From positions 1 to 47,898 of the forward strand of contig JANNTD010000127.1 of the NCBI GenBank assembly GCA_031403315.1: a stretch of 47,898 bases of DNA. Reading direction: 5' to 3'. Source of the stretch: Planctomycetota bacterium. GTDB taxonomy: Bacteria; Planctomycetota; Planctomycetia; Pirellulales; Lacipirellulaceae. Shown in pieces: positions 33,465-43,359 of the stretch (positions are counted from its first letter, which is position 1; each line of letters begins with the position of its first letter). A program made the position numbers and the translations under genes. The notes below the pieces were generated by a model that was not told the origin of the DNA, searched no databases, and saw only the letters and a program-made list of their open reading frames with translations.

Positions 33465-33569
33465 TGTTAACTTTTGGCCTGACACATTCGGTCACGCGGC
33501 CACCGATCGCCCGCACGAGCGTTTTTACCCCAAAAACCACTTTCCCCACTACAGGTTTTCGGAAACACC

Positions 33570-34619
33570 ATGAGTTATTCAGCATTCCGCGACGACTGGC
33601 AGTCGACTCGCTCGACCCGATCGCGAGCTTGGCCTGCACTGGTCATGGCGTTGTCGGTCATCTTCGCTGCCGGCTCAATCGCCGTTGGCGCACCGATCAA
33701 AGTCATGTCGTTCAACATTCGCGCGGACTTCGATTTTGGCACGCCGACGAACAGTTCCGAGGCGTGGATTGCTCTCTCGGGCAACCATCGTCGCAATCTC
33801 GTCACAACGCTCGTCAACCAGCAGTCGCCCGACATCCTCGGTGTCCAGGAGGCATTTCGCAATCAGGTCGTCGACCTTCAGAGCGCGATGCCCGGTTACT
33901 CGTTCTATGGCATCGGGCGCAATGACGGCGTCAACTTCGGCGAACACAGCGCCATCTACTACCGCTCGGACCGCTTCGCGCGTGTCAACCAAGGCACGTT
34001 TTGGTTGAGCAACTCGCCCGGCACGGTCGGCAGCGTGTTCCCCGGCGCGGCCACGATTCGGATTGCGTCTTGGGCGATCTTGACCGACCACGCCAACGCG
34101 GACCAACAGTACTTCGTGCTCGACACGCATTGGGACCACGTCAGTCAGGACGCCCGGCTTCACTCCGCCAATTTGATTCGACAGCAGATCGGCGCACTCG
34201 CCGGCGGTCGGCCGCTAATCGTCATGGGCGACATGAATGCCATCGAAACTAACCCAGCCATCACGAATCTGCTCGGAGCAAATGATCCGGGCGGACTTCA
34301 GCTAATGGACAGCTATCGCGAAGCGATACCAGTGCGTAGTCCCAACGAAGCGACGTTTCATGGATACAGCGGATCACCGGCCGGTTCGCGCATCGACTAT
34401 ATTCTTCACAGCGACTTCTTCCGAGCGACGGAGGCGGCGATCGTTCGTACGAACTTCAACGGTCGGTATCCGTCCGACCATTTTCCCGTGACGGCCGTTC
34501 TGGAGCCGATCCCTGAGCCGGCAAGTTGGCAATTGGCCATTGCCCTCATGATTGGGTTCGCCGGAAGGCAGTTTACGACGTTGACTCGATTGCGCTGGGT
34601 TCAAGTCGACGTATCTTGA
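33570..34619 (+). CDS. Endonuclease/exonuclease/phosphatase (EEP) family protein with PEP-CTERM-like tail
   Basis: IKVMSFNIRAD, PDILGVQEA, HWDHVS, IVMGDMN, RIDYILHS and SDHFPV are the ordered catalytic motifs of the EEP fold. Tail: IPEPASWQLAIALMIGFAGRQ. Confidence 0.8.
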   Translation: MSYSAFRDDWQSTRSTRSRAWPALVMALSVIFAAGSIAVGAPIKVMSFNIRADFDFGTPTNSSEAWIALSGNHRRNLVTTLVNQQSPDILGVQEAFRNQVVDLQSAMPGYSFYGIGRNDGVNFGEHSAIYYRSDRFARVNQGTFWLSNSPGTVGSVFPGAATIRIASWAILTDHANADQQYFVLDTHWDHVSQDARLHSANLIRQQIGALAGGRPLIVMGDMNAIETNPAITNLLGANDPGGLQLMDSYREAIPVRSPNEATFHGYSGSPAGSRIDYILHSDFFRATEAAIVRTNFNGRYPSDHFPVTAVLEPIPEPASWQLAIALMIGFAGRQFTTLTRLRWVQVDVS

Positions 34620-34711
34620 CGGGAGAATGGGCCAGGCCGATCGCTGCCTCGTCGTGGTATCATGAGAAGTCTCTCAACCACACTAGCGACGCTCGAGCAG
34701 GTTCCAACCGT

Positions 34712-36232
34712 ATGCAAGTTTTCCGTCGAGATGCATTGTTGATCGTGCTGTGGTCGCTGGCGGCGCCGCTCGCGAGTTCTGCCGCCGATTCGCGGCCGAA
34801 CATCCTGTTCATCATGAGCGACGACCACGCCTATCAGGCCGTGGGTGCGTACGGCTCGCGGCTCAACAAAACGCCCAACATCGATCGCATTGCCAACGAG
34901 GGTCTGCGGTTTGACCGCTGCTACGCGACGAACTCGATCTGCGGGCCGAGCCGCGCGTGCATTCTCACGGGTAAGTACAGCCACAAGAATGGTCAATACG
35001 ACAATTTCACGACGTTCGATGGCAGTCAGACGACGTTTCCCAAGCTGCTGCAGACGGCCGGCTATCAAACGGCGATCGTCGGTAAATGGCATCTCGTGAG
35101 CGATCCGACCGGCTTCGACCATTGGGAAATACTGCCCGGCCAGGGAAAATATTATCGCCCCGATTTCATTTCGGCGGCAGGGAAAACCGCGGTGCCGGGT
35201 TACACGACTCAGATCACGACCCAAAAGGCGCTCGACTGGCTGCGCGACAGGCGGGACCCGCAACGGCCGTTCCTGCTGATGGTCCAACACAAGGCGCCGC
35301 ATCGTCCATGGGACCCGGCCGTCGACCAGCTCAATGCGCGTGAAAAGGAATCGCTCCCCGAGCCGACGACGCTCTTCGACGATTATGCGACGCGCGGCAC
35401 CGCCGCCCACGAGGCCCGCATGCGGATCGAACAGATGAATCCCAGCATCGACCTCAAGCTCTGGGACCGCGCGAACCCAGATCGCACTTGGCTCTACGGC
35501 CACATGACGCCCGAAGAGCGTTCGGCATGGGAGACACACGTCGATCCGCGGCTCGCGGCATTCGAGCGCGCCAACCCCCAAGGCCGCGATCGCACGCGTT
35601 GGTTCTACCAGCTCTATCTCAAGGATTACCTGCGCTGCGTCGCCTCGGTCGACGAAAGCGTCGGCGAGCTGCTCGACTATCTGAAGGAAAGCGGATTGGC
35701 CGACAACACGATCGTAGTCTACACCAGCGATCAGGGTTTCTACCTCGGCGAACACGGCTGGTTCGACAAGCGATTCATGTACGAAGAGTCGCTGCGGACT
35801 CCTCTGGTGATTCGCTGGCCGGGTGTGGTTCGCCCCGGAACGGTCGAGAATCGAATCGTTTCAAACATCGATTTTGCGGAAACATTTTTGGCTGCCGCGG
35901 GGGTGGCGATTCCGCCCGACATGCAAGGGCGGAGCCTGGCGCCGCTGTTGCGCGGCGAGCCGCCGGACGATTGGCGCGAGTCCTTCTACTACCACTACTA
36001 CGAAGGCCCGGCCGGCGAGCACCACGTGTATCCGCACGAGGGCGTCACGACGGGCCGGGCCAAATTGGTCCACTATTACCCCCTCGACGAGTGGGAATTG
36101 TTCGATTTGCAGGCCGACCCCGACGAGCGGACCAATGTCTGGGGGCAGCCAAAATACGCTGCTTTACAAGCCAAATTGCTCGCCGAGCTGGACCGGCTGC
36201 GGACTGAATTGCAGGTCCCGAGGGCCCGCTGA
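34712..36232 (+). CDS. S1-family sulfatase (formylglycine-dependent)
   Basis: Signal MQVFRRDALLIVLWSLAAPLASSAA. NILFIMSDDH, SICGPSRACILTG (C-x-P-x-R FGly motif), GKWHL and VVYTSDQG. The listed ORF's first 62 codons overlap the EEP gene's 3' end. Confidence 0.9.
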   Translation: MQVFRRDALLIVLWSLAAPLASSAADSRPNILFIMSDDHAYQAVGAYGSRLNKTPNIDRIANEGLRFDRCYATNSICGPSRACILTGKYSHKNGQYDNFTTFDGSQTTFPKLLQTAGYQTAIVGKWHLVSDPTGFDHWEILPGQGKYYRPDFISAAGKTAVPGYTTQITTQKALDWLRDRRDPQRPFLLMVQHKAPHRPWDPAVDQLNAREKESLPEPTTLFDDYATRGTAAHEARMRIEQMNPSIDLKLWDRANPDRTWLYGHMTPEERSAWETHVDPRLAAFERANPQGRDRTRWFYQLYLKDYLRCVASVDESVGELLDYLKESGLADNTIVVYTSDQGFYLGEHGWFDKRFMYEESLRTPLVIRWPGVVRPGTVENRIVSNIDFAETFLAAAGVAIPPDMQGRSLAPLLRGEPPDDWRESFYYHYYEGPAGEHHVYPHEGVTTGRAKLVHYYPLDEWELFDLQADPDERTNVWGQPKYAALQAKLLAELDRLRTELQVPRAR

Positions 36233-36247
36233 CTCGCAAAACTGAAA

Positions 36248-36291
36248 GCGCTTGCATAAACTAGGTGCTGGAATCGGCAAGCGCAATTTTT
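36248..36291 (+). terminator. Hairpin plus T-run after the sulfatase gene (weak)
   Basis: GCGCTTGC (36248-55) pairs with GCAAGCGC (36277-84) across a 21-nt loop, followed by aattttt. Confidence 0.3.
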
Positions 36292-36312
36292 GATGGAAAT
36301 GAGAAACCATTG

Positions 36313-38676
36313 ATGTCGCCCCTAAGTCGCAGAATTTGTCTCCCGGCCAGTTGCCGCGTCGTGTTCGCCCTATTGTTGACGATCGGTAGCGGTACGAGCG
36401 TTGTCGGGCAGTCAACGGTTGGGTCGGCTGCTCCTGCAAAGGTTGACAAGCGGCCGTGGCTCGACCAAACGCTCGACCTCGACGAGCGCGTGGACGCACT
36501 CGTCGGCGAGATGACGCTCGCGGAAAAGGTCGGCCAGCTCACGCAACTCAACGGCATCGGCAGCCCACCGACCGGCACCGCCGACAACTTGGTCGCGTCG
36601 AGTGCTATTTACGAGCGGCTTCGCCAGGGCCAACTCGGCTCGATTCTCAATGAAATCAATACGCCGACGATCAACGCACTGCAGCGTGTGGCGGTCAAAG
36701 AGAGCCGGCTCGGCATCCCGCTCGTTATTGGCCGCGACGTGATTCACGGGTATCGCACGATTTTTCCGATTCCCTTGGGCCAGGCGGCGAGTTGGAATCC
36801 GGAGTTGGTCGAAGCGGCCGCAGCCGTTGCCGCCAGCGAAGCACGACCGGTGGGGATCCATTGGACCTTCGCGCCAATGGTCGACATTGCTCGCGACCCA
36901 CGTTGGGGTCGCATCGCGGAAGGGCTCGGCGAGGATCCGCACTTGGCGAGCCAATTGTCGGCAGCGATGGTCCGTGGCTTTCAAGGCGACGATCTCGCGG
37001 CGCCCGATCGCATCGCCGCTTGTGCAAAGCATTTTGTCGGTTACGGCGCAGCAGAAGGAGGACGCGACTACAACACGACCGTCATTTCGCCGTCGCTGAT
37101 GCGGAACGTCTATTTGCCGTCGTTTCACGCCGCGGTCGACGCGGGCGCGGCGACTTTGATGACGGCTTTCAACGACGTGAACGGCGTCCCGTCGTCGGCC
37201 AACCGGCACTTGCTCCACGACGTGTTGCGCAAAGAGTGGGGCTTCGATGGGTTCGTGGTTAGCGATTGGGAGTCGATCCGCGAGATGATTCCGCACGGCT
37301 ACGCGGCCGACGGAATGGATGCCGCGCGGTTGTCGGTCGACGCGGGCGTGAACATGGACATGGCCAGCCCCGTGTATCACGACTACCTGGCGGCGCTGGT
37401 CGAAGCGGGCACGGTTCCCGAGTCGGTCGTCGACGAGTTGGTACGCGAAATACTGCGAGTGAAGTTCCGGCTGGGCCTGTTTGAAAAGCCGTTCGTCGAC
37501 GAGTCGAAGCAGCCGCCACTCTTGACGGACGAGAATCTCGAAGTGGCGCGCCAACTCGCGATGCAATCGATGGTGCTGCTCAAGAACGACAAACGCGTCC
37601 TGCCATTCGATTCGTCGAAACTCAAGACGCTGGCGGTGATCGGTCCGCTGGCGGATGCGAAACACGCTCAGATGGGCACGTGGGTCCCGGACGGACGGGA
37701 GGAGGACAGCCGTACGCCGCTCGCGGCGATCCGCGAGAAGGTCGGCGACAAGGTGGAAGTGCTCTATGTTCCCGGATTAAAGGATGACTTGGACCGCAGC
37801 ACGGAAGGTTTTGCCGCCGCCGTTGCCGCGGCTCGCAAGGCCGACGTGGTCCTGTTGATCGTTGGCGAGCGGGCGCATCTCTCCGGCGAAGCGAGCAGCC
37901 GGGCGATCATCGACCTGCCCGGCGCACAGAATGAGCTCGTTGCTGCGGTCGCCGCGACGGGCAAGCCGGTGGTGCTCATCATCCAAGCGGGGCGACCGCT
38001 CACGATTGGCAAGCAAGTGGCCCAGGTCGAAGCGGTGCTCTACGCGTGGCACGCCGGCACGATGGCCGGGCCGGCAATGGTTGATCTGTTGTGGGGCGAC
38101 GAATCGCCGTCCGGAAAGCTGCCGGTCACGTTTCCTAAATCGGTCGGTCAGATCCCGCTCTATTACAACCACGTGAACACCGGCCGGCCGCCGCGGCCTT
38201 ACGATTTCGCGCGCGACAACCAGGTCGACGACGAGATCGATTCCGAATTGGGCTACAACTCGAACTACCTCGACGTGAGCCCCTATCCGTTCTATCCCTT
38301 TGGCTATGGTTTGTCGTACACGACGTTTGAATACGGCCCAGCCGAACTATCGACGAAAAAGCTCCGCGCAGGCCAGACGCTCGCGGTGCGTGCTCCGGTG
38401 AAGAACACGGGTGAAGTGGCGGCCGACGAGGTGGTGCAGCTCTACGTCCGCGACGTGGTAGGAAGTCTCACCAGGCCGGTTCGCGAACTGAAGCAATTCC
38501 GCCGCGTGCACCTCAAACCGGGCGAAGAGCAGGTCGTCGAGTTCGCGCTCCCGGCCGACGCCCTGGCGTTCTACAACAATGAGGAACAGCGGCTGCTCGA
38601 GCCCGGCAAGTTCGAAATCTACGTCGGCGGAAGCTCGCTGGCACCGTTGGCGGGCGAGTTCGAAGTGGTCGAGTGA
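36313..38676 (+). CDS. GH3 beta-glucosidase (BglX-like), secreted
   Basis: MTLAEKVGQLTQ, GIPLVIGRDVIHG, DPRWGRIAEGLGEDP, KHFVGYG and GFVVSDWESI (nucleophile Asp), followed by beta-sandwich/Fn3-like C-terminal VVQLYVRD...ELKQFRRVHLKPGE. ATG 36313 gives the signal MSPLSRRICLPASCRVVFALLLTIGSG. Confidence 0.9.
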   Translation: MSPLSRRICLPASCRVVFALLLTIGSGTSVVGQSTVGSAAPAKVDKRPWLDQTLDLDERVDALVGEMTLAEKVGQLTQLNGIGSPPTGTADNLVASSAIYERLRQGQLGSILNEINTPTINALQRVAVKESRLGIPLVIGRDVIHGYRTIFPIPLGQAASWNPELVEAAAAVAASEARPVGIHWTFAPMVDIARDPRWGRIAEGLGEDPHLASQLSAAMVRGFQGDDLAAPDRIAACAKHFVGYGAAEGGRDYNTTVISPSLMRNVYLPSFHAAVDAGAATLMTAFNDVNGVPSSANRHLLHDVLRKEWGFDGFVVSDWESIREMIPHGYAADGMDAARLSVDAGVNMDMASPVYHDYLAALVEAGTVPESVVDELVREILRVKFRLGLFEKPFVDESKQPPLLTDENLEVARQLAMQSMVLLKNDKRVLPFDSSKLKTLAVIGPLADAKHAQMGTWVPDGREEDSRTPLAAIREKVGDKVEVLYVPGLKDDLDRSTEGFAAAVAAARKADVVLLIVGERAHLSGEASSRAIIDLPGAQNELVAAVAATGKPVVLIIQAGRPLTIGKQVAQVEAVLYAWHAGTMAGPAMVDLLWGDESPSGKLPVTFPKSVGQIPLYYNHVNTGRPPRPYDFARDNQVDDEIDSELGYNSNYLDVSPYPFYPFGYGLSYTTFEYGPAELSTKKLRAGQTLAVRAPVKNTGEVAADEVVQLYVRDVVGSLTRPVRELKQFRRVHLKPGEEQVVEFALPADALAFYNNEEQRLLEPGKFEIYVGGSSLAPLAGEFEVVE

Positions 38677-38710
38677 AAATCGCCGGACTGAGAATCGCCC
38701 GTCAATGACG

Positions 38711-40051
38711 TCACGCGGCGGGTTGCTCGCTCTTCTTGGCCGGAGCGTTCTCTGCCGAGACACTGGGGCGAATTGTCGCGGCCGGTTGCGCGATCGGCGC
38801 ATTTTCGTTGCTCATCGGCCGGAGATCGTTCGCGCCAATGTCGATCGCCTGGTACATGCCGACCGACGCTTCCACGCCAACAAGCGGTAGACCGTCGCTG
38901 CCATCCAGGCCTCGTAGGTACACGGCGGTCAGATCGTAAGCGCTGCTGTTGGCATCGCCGCTCGGCTCAAGCAGCACCATGCCGCCCTCGGCGTGTTCCC
39001 TCGCAGGTTGGGCAGAGAGGTGATGGTCTGCCGGGAGGTAATTCTCGCCGGATTCTCGCGCAGTATCCGAATTCTGCCCTTCCGTGGTTTCGGTCTGTTG
39101 ATTGGCATGATTCTCGGCGTGCAGCTTCAGGTCGTGGAGTTGCGCGAGGACCGCGTCGATTGCAGTTCGCTCCCGCTGCAGCGCGTCGAGCGACGCAGCC
39201 GCGTCCTGGTCGACGAGCAATTCTTCTGATCCGCCGACGTCAGCTAACTTCTCGTCGTCAGACTCCAGCTTGTCGTCGAGATCGCCATTCGAATCGCTGT
39301 CCTGCTTCGAATCCAGGTCGGCGGCCAACAGGAGCGAGTCGGGCGAATAATCTCCAAACACGGCGTCATACGTCTTGAGAGAGATCCGGGTGGCAGAGCT
39401 CGCCGTCTCCGATGCGGAAGTGAAGGTCGAAAGCGAAGAAAAGTAACTCGCGACCGATCCTGTCGCGTCGCGCAGCGAATGATCCATGAAGGCGACTGGC
39501 CCGCGCATATCGCCCGATGGTGGGGCGAAGTTGCTTGTCCCACCTTTTGCCGCACCAGGATCGGCGGATGGATCGGCATGGGCAAATTGTGGCTGCCCGT
39601 AGTCTGTTGAGTTATTTGGTCCGGCATGGCCAGTCTCTATATCGACAATCGCGCCTCCGCCGTTTGTGTACCCGCCGTTCGACAAACCGAGTGGAAATTG
39701 GTGATCGGGCCGCCCACCGAATCCGTTAAAATGCCCGGGTTCACCGAAATAACCATGCGACCCAAATGGCGGCAAGGTCTCCCAAGGTGCGTCGCTGAAT
39801 TGGTTGAACGCGTCGGTCGCCAGCCGTTCCGGCCCGGGCGGCCGACTCTCCCATACGGCAACGACCGTGATCGTATTTGCTTCAAAATCGACCGCCACCA
39901 CGTTGACCGCCACCACGCCGATCGTCGCTGAGAGCACCGTTCGCGATTCGAGCTGCTCGATCTGTCCGCGAAAACGGGGCACGCAAACGCGCCGGCGCGT
40001 GGTGCGCTTGCCGATGCCTTCCAGGATCCATTCTTTCAAGTGATTCAACAT
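38711..40051 (-). CDS. Hypothetical acidic secreted protein with N-terminal LESRTVLSA motif
   Basis: 446 aa. The N-terminus has a basic stretch followed by IEQLESRTVLSA. The remainder is low-complexity and rich in D/S/A/G. Lies 43 nt downstream of the kinase gene on the same strand. Confidence 0.55.
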   Translation of the reverse strand: MLNHLKEWILEGIGKRTTRRRVCVPRFRGQIEQLESRTVLSATIGVVAVNVVAVDFEANTITVVAVWESRPPGPERLATDAFNQFSDAPWETLPPFGSHGYFGEPGHFNGFGGRPDHQFPLGLSNGGYTNGGGAIVDIETGHAGPNNSTDYGQPQFAHADPSADPGAAKGGTSNFAPPSGDMRGPVAFMDHSLRDATGSVASYFSSLSTFTSASETASSATRISLKTYDAVFGDYSPDSLLLAADLDSKQDSDSNGDLDDKLESDDEKLADVGGSEELLVDQDAAASLDALQRERTAIDAVLAQLHDLKLHAENHANQQTETTEGQNSDTARESGENYLPADHHLSAQPAREHAEGGMVLLEPSGDANSSAYDLTAVYLRGLDGSDGLPLVGVEASVGMYQAIDIGANDLRPMSNENAPIAQPAATIRPSVSAENAPAKKSEQPAA

Positions 40052-40094
40052 GGTGATCTACATTCTGGATGGTGACTGAATCCGAGTTGTGCGA

Positions 40095-42719
40095 TCAATT
40101 CCGTGGCAGCATGCCTGAGGAGTGCGGCTGTCCGGCCAGGAGAGATTTGCGCTGCTCGATAACTTCGTCGGCCGCTTGCTGTTTTTTCTGGCTTTGCAGA
40201 CACTTCGCGTAATTCGTGTAATGGTTGCTCAACAAGTCACGGTAGCGTGTCGTGTCGGAGGAGACCTCGAACGCCTGCTTTTGGAAACGGACCGCCTGCT
40301 TGTAGTTGCTTTCTGCGTCGGCGAATCGCTGCTGCTGGTCGAACAGCAAGCCAAGATTGTTGTACACGCCGCCCAGGTTACTGAGCGTTCTGACGTCCGA
40401 CGGCACCACGGCCAGCAGCCGCCGTTGCAGGCCGAGCGCCTGCCGAAACGACGCTTCCGCCTCCGCGAAGCGGCCGTCGCGGCTTTGCACCATGCCGAGG
40501 TTGTTGTAACTGATCGCCAGGTCGCGCGTGTAGGAGCCCGCCAGCGGCGACTGCTTCACCAGGTGCTCCTGAATTTTCACGGCATCGAGGTAGCACAACT
40601 CGGCATTCTGCCAATCCTGATTGCGGGCGAGCACGAAGCCCAGGTTGTTGTAGGTCCGCGCGAGGTCGCCTTGATAGAGCCGGTTGATCGGGTTGTTCTC
40701 GACCAATTGTTGTTGGAGTGCGATCGCTTTGCGGTAATTCTCCGCGGCCGCGTCGACCATGGTCGCGTCGAGGAGCGAACCGAGATTGCTGTAGCTGGCC
40801 GCGAGAACGCGGAGCGAGGTTTCGTTGCCGGGAGCATTTTCCGCCAACGGTTGCTGCAGGGCGATGGCCGCGCGGAACTGGTCGACCGCTTCACTGCGCC
40901 GGCCAGCCTGGCGCAAAACCAGGCCCAAGTTGTTGCAGGTCGTGGCCAGATCGGTCGCCAGGATTGCCGATTTCGCATCCTTTCCAAACAGCTCTTTCTG
41001 GATGCGTTGTGCCTGTTCGAGTGCCTCAAGCGCTTCCGGCACACGACCGAACTCGGCCAACAACAGACCAATGTTATTGTCGCAGATCGCGAGATTGCGA
41101 GCGGATTCCGCGCTCGTTGGCTCGTCGGCAAGGCGTGCCTCCCAAAGCTTGTGGGCGGCCAGGTGTTTCTTGAGAGCCTCCTCGCTCTTGCCCAACTTTT
41201 CGCTGAGCGTGCCCATCCGGTTGTACGCGAGTGCGAGGTCGGACGCGAGGGCGGGATCGTCGGCTGTTTGCGTTTCAAATTGCTGATAAAACTTGAGACT
41301 ATCTTCGAGCATTTGCGATCGTACGCCTTCAGCGCCAGGGATCGCCGCCAACTGTTCGGCGTATCGCGTGCCGAAGCGGTCGAGCACGGCGTGGGCCTGA
41401 TGCAGGTTTTCTTGCGCGGTCACCAACGCCCGTTCCGTTTCGCCAGTTTGTTTTGCGAGCATGAGATTATTGGCGGACTGACCGACGAACGCCACGAGCA
41501 GCACGGCCGCCGCCGCGTAGACCACGCCGCGATGCCGCCGGGCCCATTTGCCCGCCCTGCACACCAGGCTCGGCGGGCTGGCCAGAATCGGCTTGCCTTC
41601 GAGAAAGCGATTCAGGTCGTCGGCGAATTCCTGCGCGGTCGCATAACGCTCGTGCGGGAATTCCGCGATCGACTTCAAGATGATCGTCTGGAAGTCGACC
41701 GGGATGTGGCGATTCCAATGCCGCAGCGGCCTCGACGCGAAGCGGCGACGATCCAACAGCAGTTGGGCGTCGGTTGCGTCACCCGCCGGATGGTGCAGCG
41801 TCGCGAGTTCGTAGAGCGTGACGCCCAAAGAATAGACGTCGGTGCGATGGTCGATGAGCCCGCCGCGCCCAAGCGCTTGCTCTGGGCTCATGTAGCGCAT
41901 CGTGCCCAGGACGTCGCCGGTCTGCGTGAGTCCGGCATGCTCGCGGAAACGGGCCAGGCCGAAATCGGTGACCCACAGTTTGCCGTGATCGTCGACCAGC
42001 AGGTTCGACGGCTTCACGTCGCGGTGGACGATGCCATAGTCGTGGGCCGCGTGGAGCGCCTCGGCCGCTTGCACCCCCAGCCGCGCGACCACCCGCAGAT
42101 GGTCGCTGGTGCCGACCGTCGACGGCGTGCCGCCATGCTGCATTTCCGCGAGCAGCGTCGTGAGCGACTGCCCTTCGACGAGTTGCATCGCGTAGTAATG
42201 GACGCCGTTCTGTTCGCCCACGGCGAACACCGGCACGATGTTGGGATGCTTGATCTGGGCCGCGGCCTGGGCTTCGTTCTTGAAGCGGCTGATCTGCTTC
42301 TCGTCGTGCCCGGCGGTGAACGGCAAAATCTTGAGCGCGACCCGCCGCCGCAGCGAGATCTGCTCGGCCTCGTAGACGACGCCCATGCCGCCCCGGCCAA
42401 TCTCCTGCATCAGCCGGAAGTCGCCGATCGTCTGCTCCGGCCCCACTTTCCCGCTCGTTAGCGAAATCGATGGAGGCGCATGCGGCACGACCGCCGCCGC
42501 GTGGAACAACTCGAGGCCGCTCAAGTAGCCGCGCAGATGTTGCGCATCCTCGGGATGCCGCGCGAGCAATTCTTCCGGACTGATCGGCGCGCCCAGCTCC
42601 ATGGCGACGAGGTAGTCGTCGAGAATGCGCGCAAGCCGATCCTGCACAGCTTCCGGCAGCGCGTTGGTTTCCGGCAGGGCAACTGCGGTCGAATCGGCGT
42701 TCTCGACGTCAGGCCTCAC
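40095..42719 (-). CDS. Ser/Thr protein kinase with TM helix and C-terminal TPR array
   Basis: IGRGGMGVVYEA, VALKIL, HRDVKPSNLL, TDFGLAR and MSPEQ. TM VVYAAAAVLLVAFVG. At least 8 TPR-like units with a recurrent YNNLG/CNNLG. Start uncertain: GTG 42719 overlaps the end of the sigma reading frame, and the listed ATG 42824 lies inside sigma region 4 out of frame. Confidence 0.85.
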   Translation of the reverse strand: MRPDVENADSTAVALPETNALPEAVQDRLARILDDYLVAMELGAPISPEELLARHPEDAQHLRGYLSGLELFHAAAVVPHAPPSISLTSGKVGPEQTIGDFRLMQEIGRGGMGVVYEAEQISLRRRVALKILPFTAGHDEKQISRFKNEAQAAAQIKHPNIVPVFAVGEQNGVHYYAMQLVEGQSLTTLLAEMQHGGTPSTVGTSDHLRVVARLGVQAAEALHAAHDYGIVHRDVKPSNLLVDDHGKLWVTDFGLARFREHAGLTQTGDVLGTMRYMSPEQALGRGGLIDHRTDVYSLGVTLYELATLHHPAGDATDAQLLLDRRRFASRPLRHWNRHIPVDFQTIILKSIAEFPHERYATAQEFADDLNRFLEGKPILASPPSLVCRAGKWARRHRGVVYAAAAVLLVAFVGQSANNLMLAKQTGETERALVTAQENLHQAHAVLDRFGTRYAEQLAAIPGAEGVRSQMLEDSLKFYQQFETQTADDPALASDLALAYNRMGTLSEKLGKSEEALKKHLAAHKLWEARLADEPTSAESARNLAICDNNIGLLLAEFGRVPEALEALEQAQRIQKELFGKDAKSAILATDLATTCNNLGLVLRQAGRRSEAVDQFRAAIALQQPLAENAPGNETSLRVLAASYSNLGSLLDATMVDAAAENYRKAIALQQQLVENNPINRLYQGDLARTYNNLGFVLARNQDWQNAELCYLDAVKIQEHLVKQSPLAGSYTRDLAISYNNLGMVQSRDGRFAEAEASFRQALGLQRRLLAVVPSDVRTLSNLGGVYNNLGLLFDQQQRFADAESNYKQAVRFQKQAFEVSSDTTRYRDLLSNHYTNYAKCLQSQKKQQAADEVIEQRKSLLAGQPHSSGMLPRN

Positions 42720-43359
42720 TCTGATCCTCGCTTCCGTAGACCGCGCGCAATTTTTCGATCGCTCGCAGCCAGAGCATTCGCGTTGCACCCACTGAGCGGT
42801 CCATCCGCTGGGCGACTTCTTCAAACGGCAACCCCTGCAAGTTGCGAAGCATCAGCACTTCGCGTTAGTCGGCCGGCAGTTGCGCGAGCCGGTCGGCCAG
42901 CAGCACCGCCTCTTCGCGCTGCTGGACGGCCATGCTCGGCGAGTTGCCGGCGGCGGGCAACAGTGCCGCGAGTTGCACCGTCGATTGCTCGAGCGCCGCG
43001 CCGAGCCGCTCGATCGACACTTCGCGCCGCACGTCGCGCCGCGCGGCCAGCATATGCTGTTCGACGAACTTTGCCAAGTTATTCACCAGGATCTGCCGCA
43101 ACCAGGCCAAGAGTTCCGCCTCGGTCGTGCCGCGAAACTGGCCGAAATTCTTATGGGCCCGCAGCATGGTTTCCTGCACCACGTCCGACGGGCTCACCCG
43201 CGGTTGCAGCCGGTGTTCGAGCTGCGTCGAGGCCAGCACCATCAAGTAGTTTCGGTACTGCTGCAGGAGCACGCCGATGCTGCTTTTGTCGCCCTGCCGC
43301 GCACCGCTGATCAACGAGGGGATGCTCGACATCGGATTGGCAGCTTCCAGGACAGGCAT
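42709..43359 (-). pseudogene. ECF sigma factor (Ser/Thr-kinase-linked type) interrupted by an in-frame TAA
   Basis: Region 2 (VVQETMLRAHKNFGQFRG..LLAWLRQILVNN) is read up to LAQLPAD, then TAA (42867-42865). The same frame continues REVLMLRNLQGLPFEEVAQRMDRSVGATRMLWLRAIEKLRAVYGSEDQSEA-TGA (42709), which is a complete region 4. The stop sits where ECF sigmas have the Tyr of LPxxYRE. Confidence 0.75.

Noticed and set aside
40122-42461. 779-aa plus-strand ORF
   Set aside because: Antisense to the Ser/Thr kinase-TPR gene, whose motifs are unambiguous. It is a shadow ORF.
42720-42824. N-terminal extension of the kinase ORF (MKKSPSGWTAQWVQRE...)
   Set aside because: The same DNA read in the sigma frame gives a textbook ECF region 4, so the extension is an out-of-frame overlap. 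The kinase more likely starts at GTG 42719 or later.
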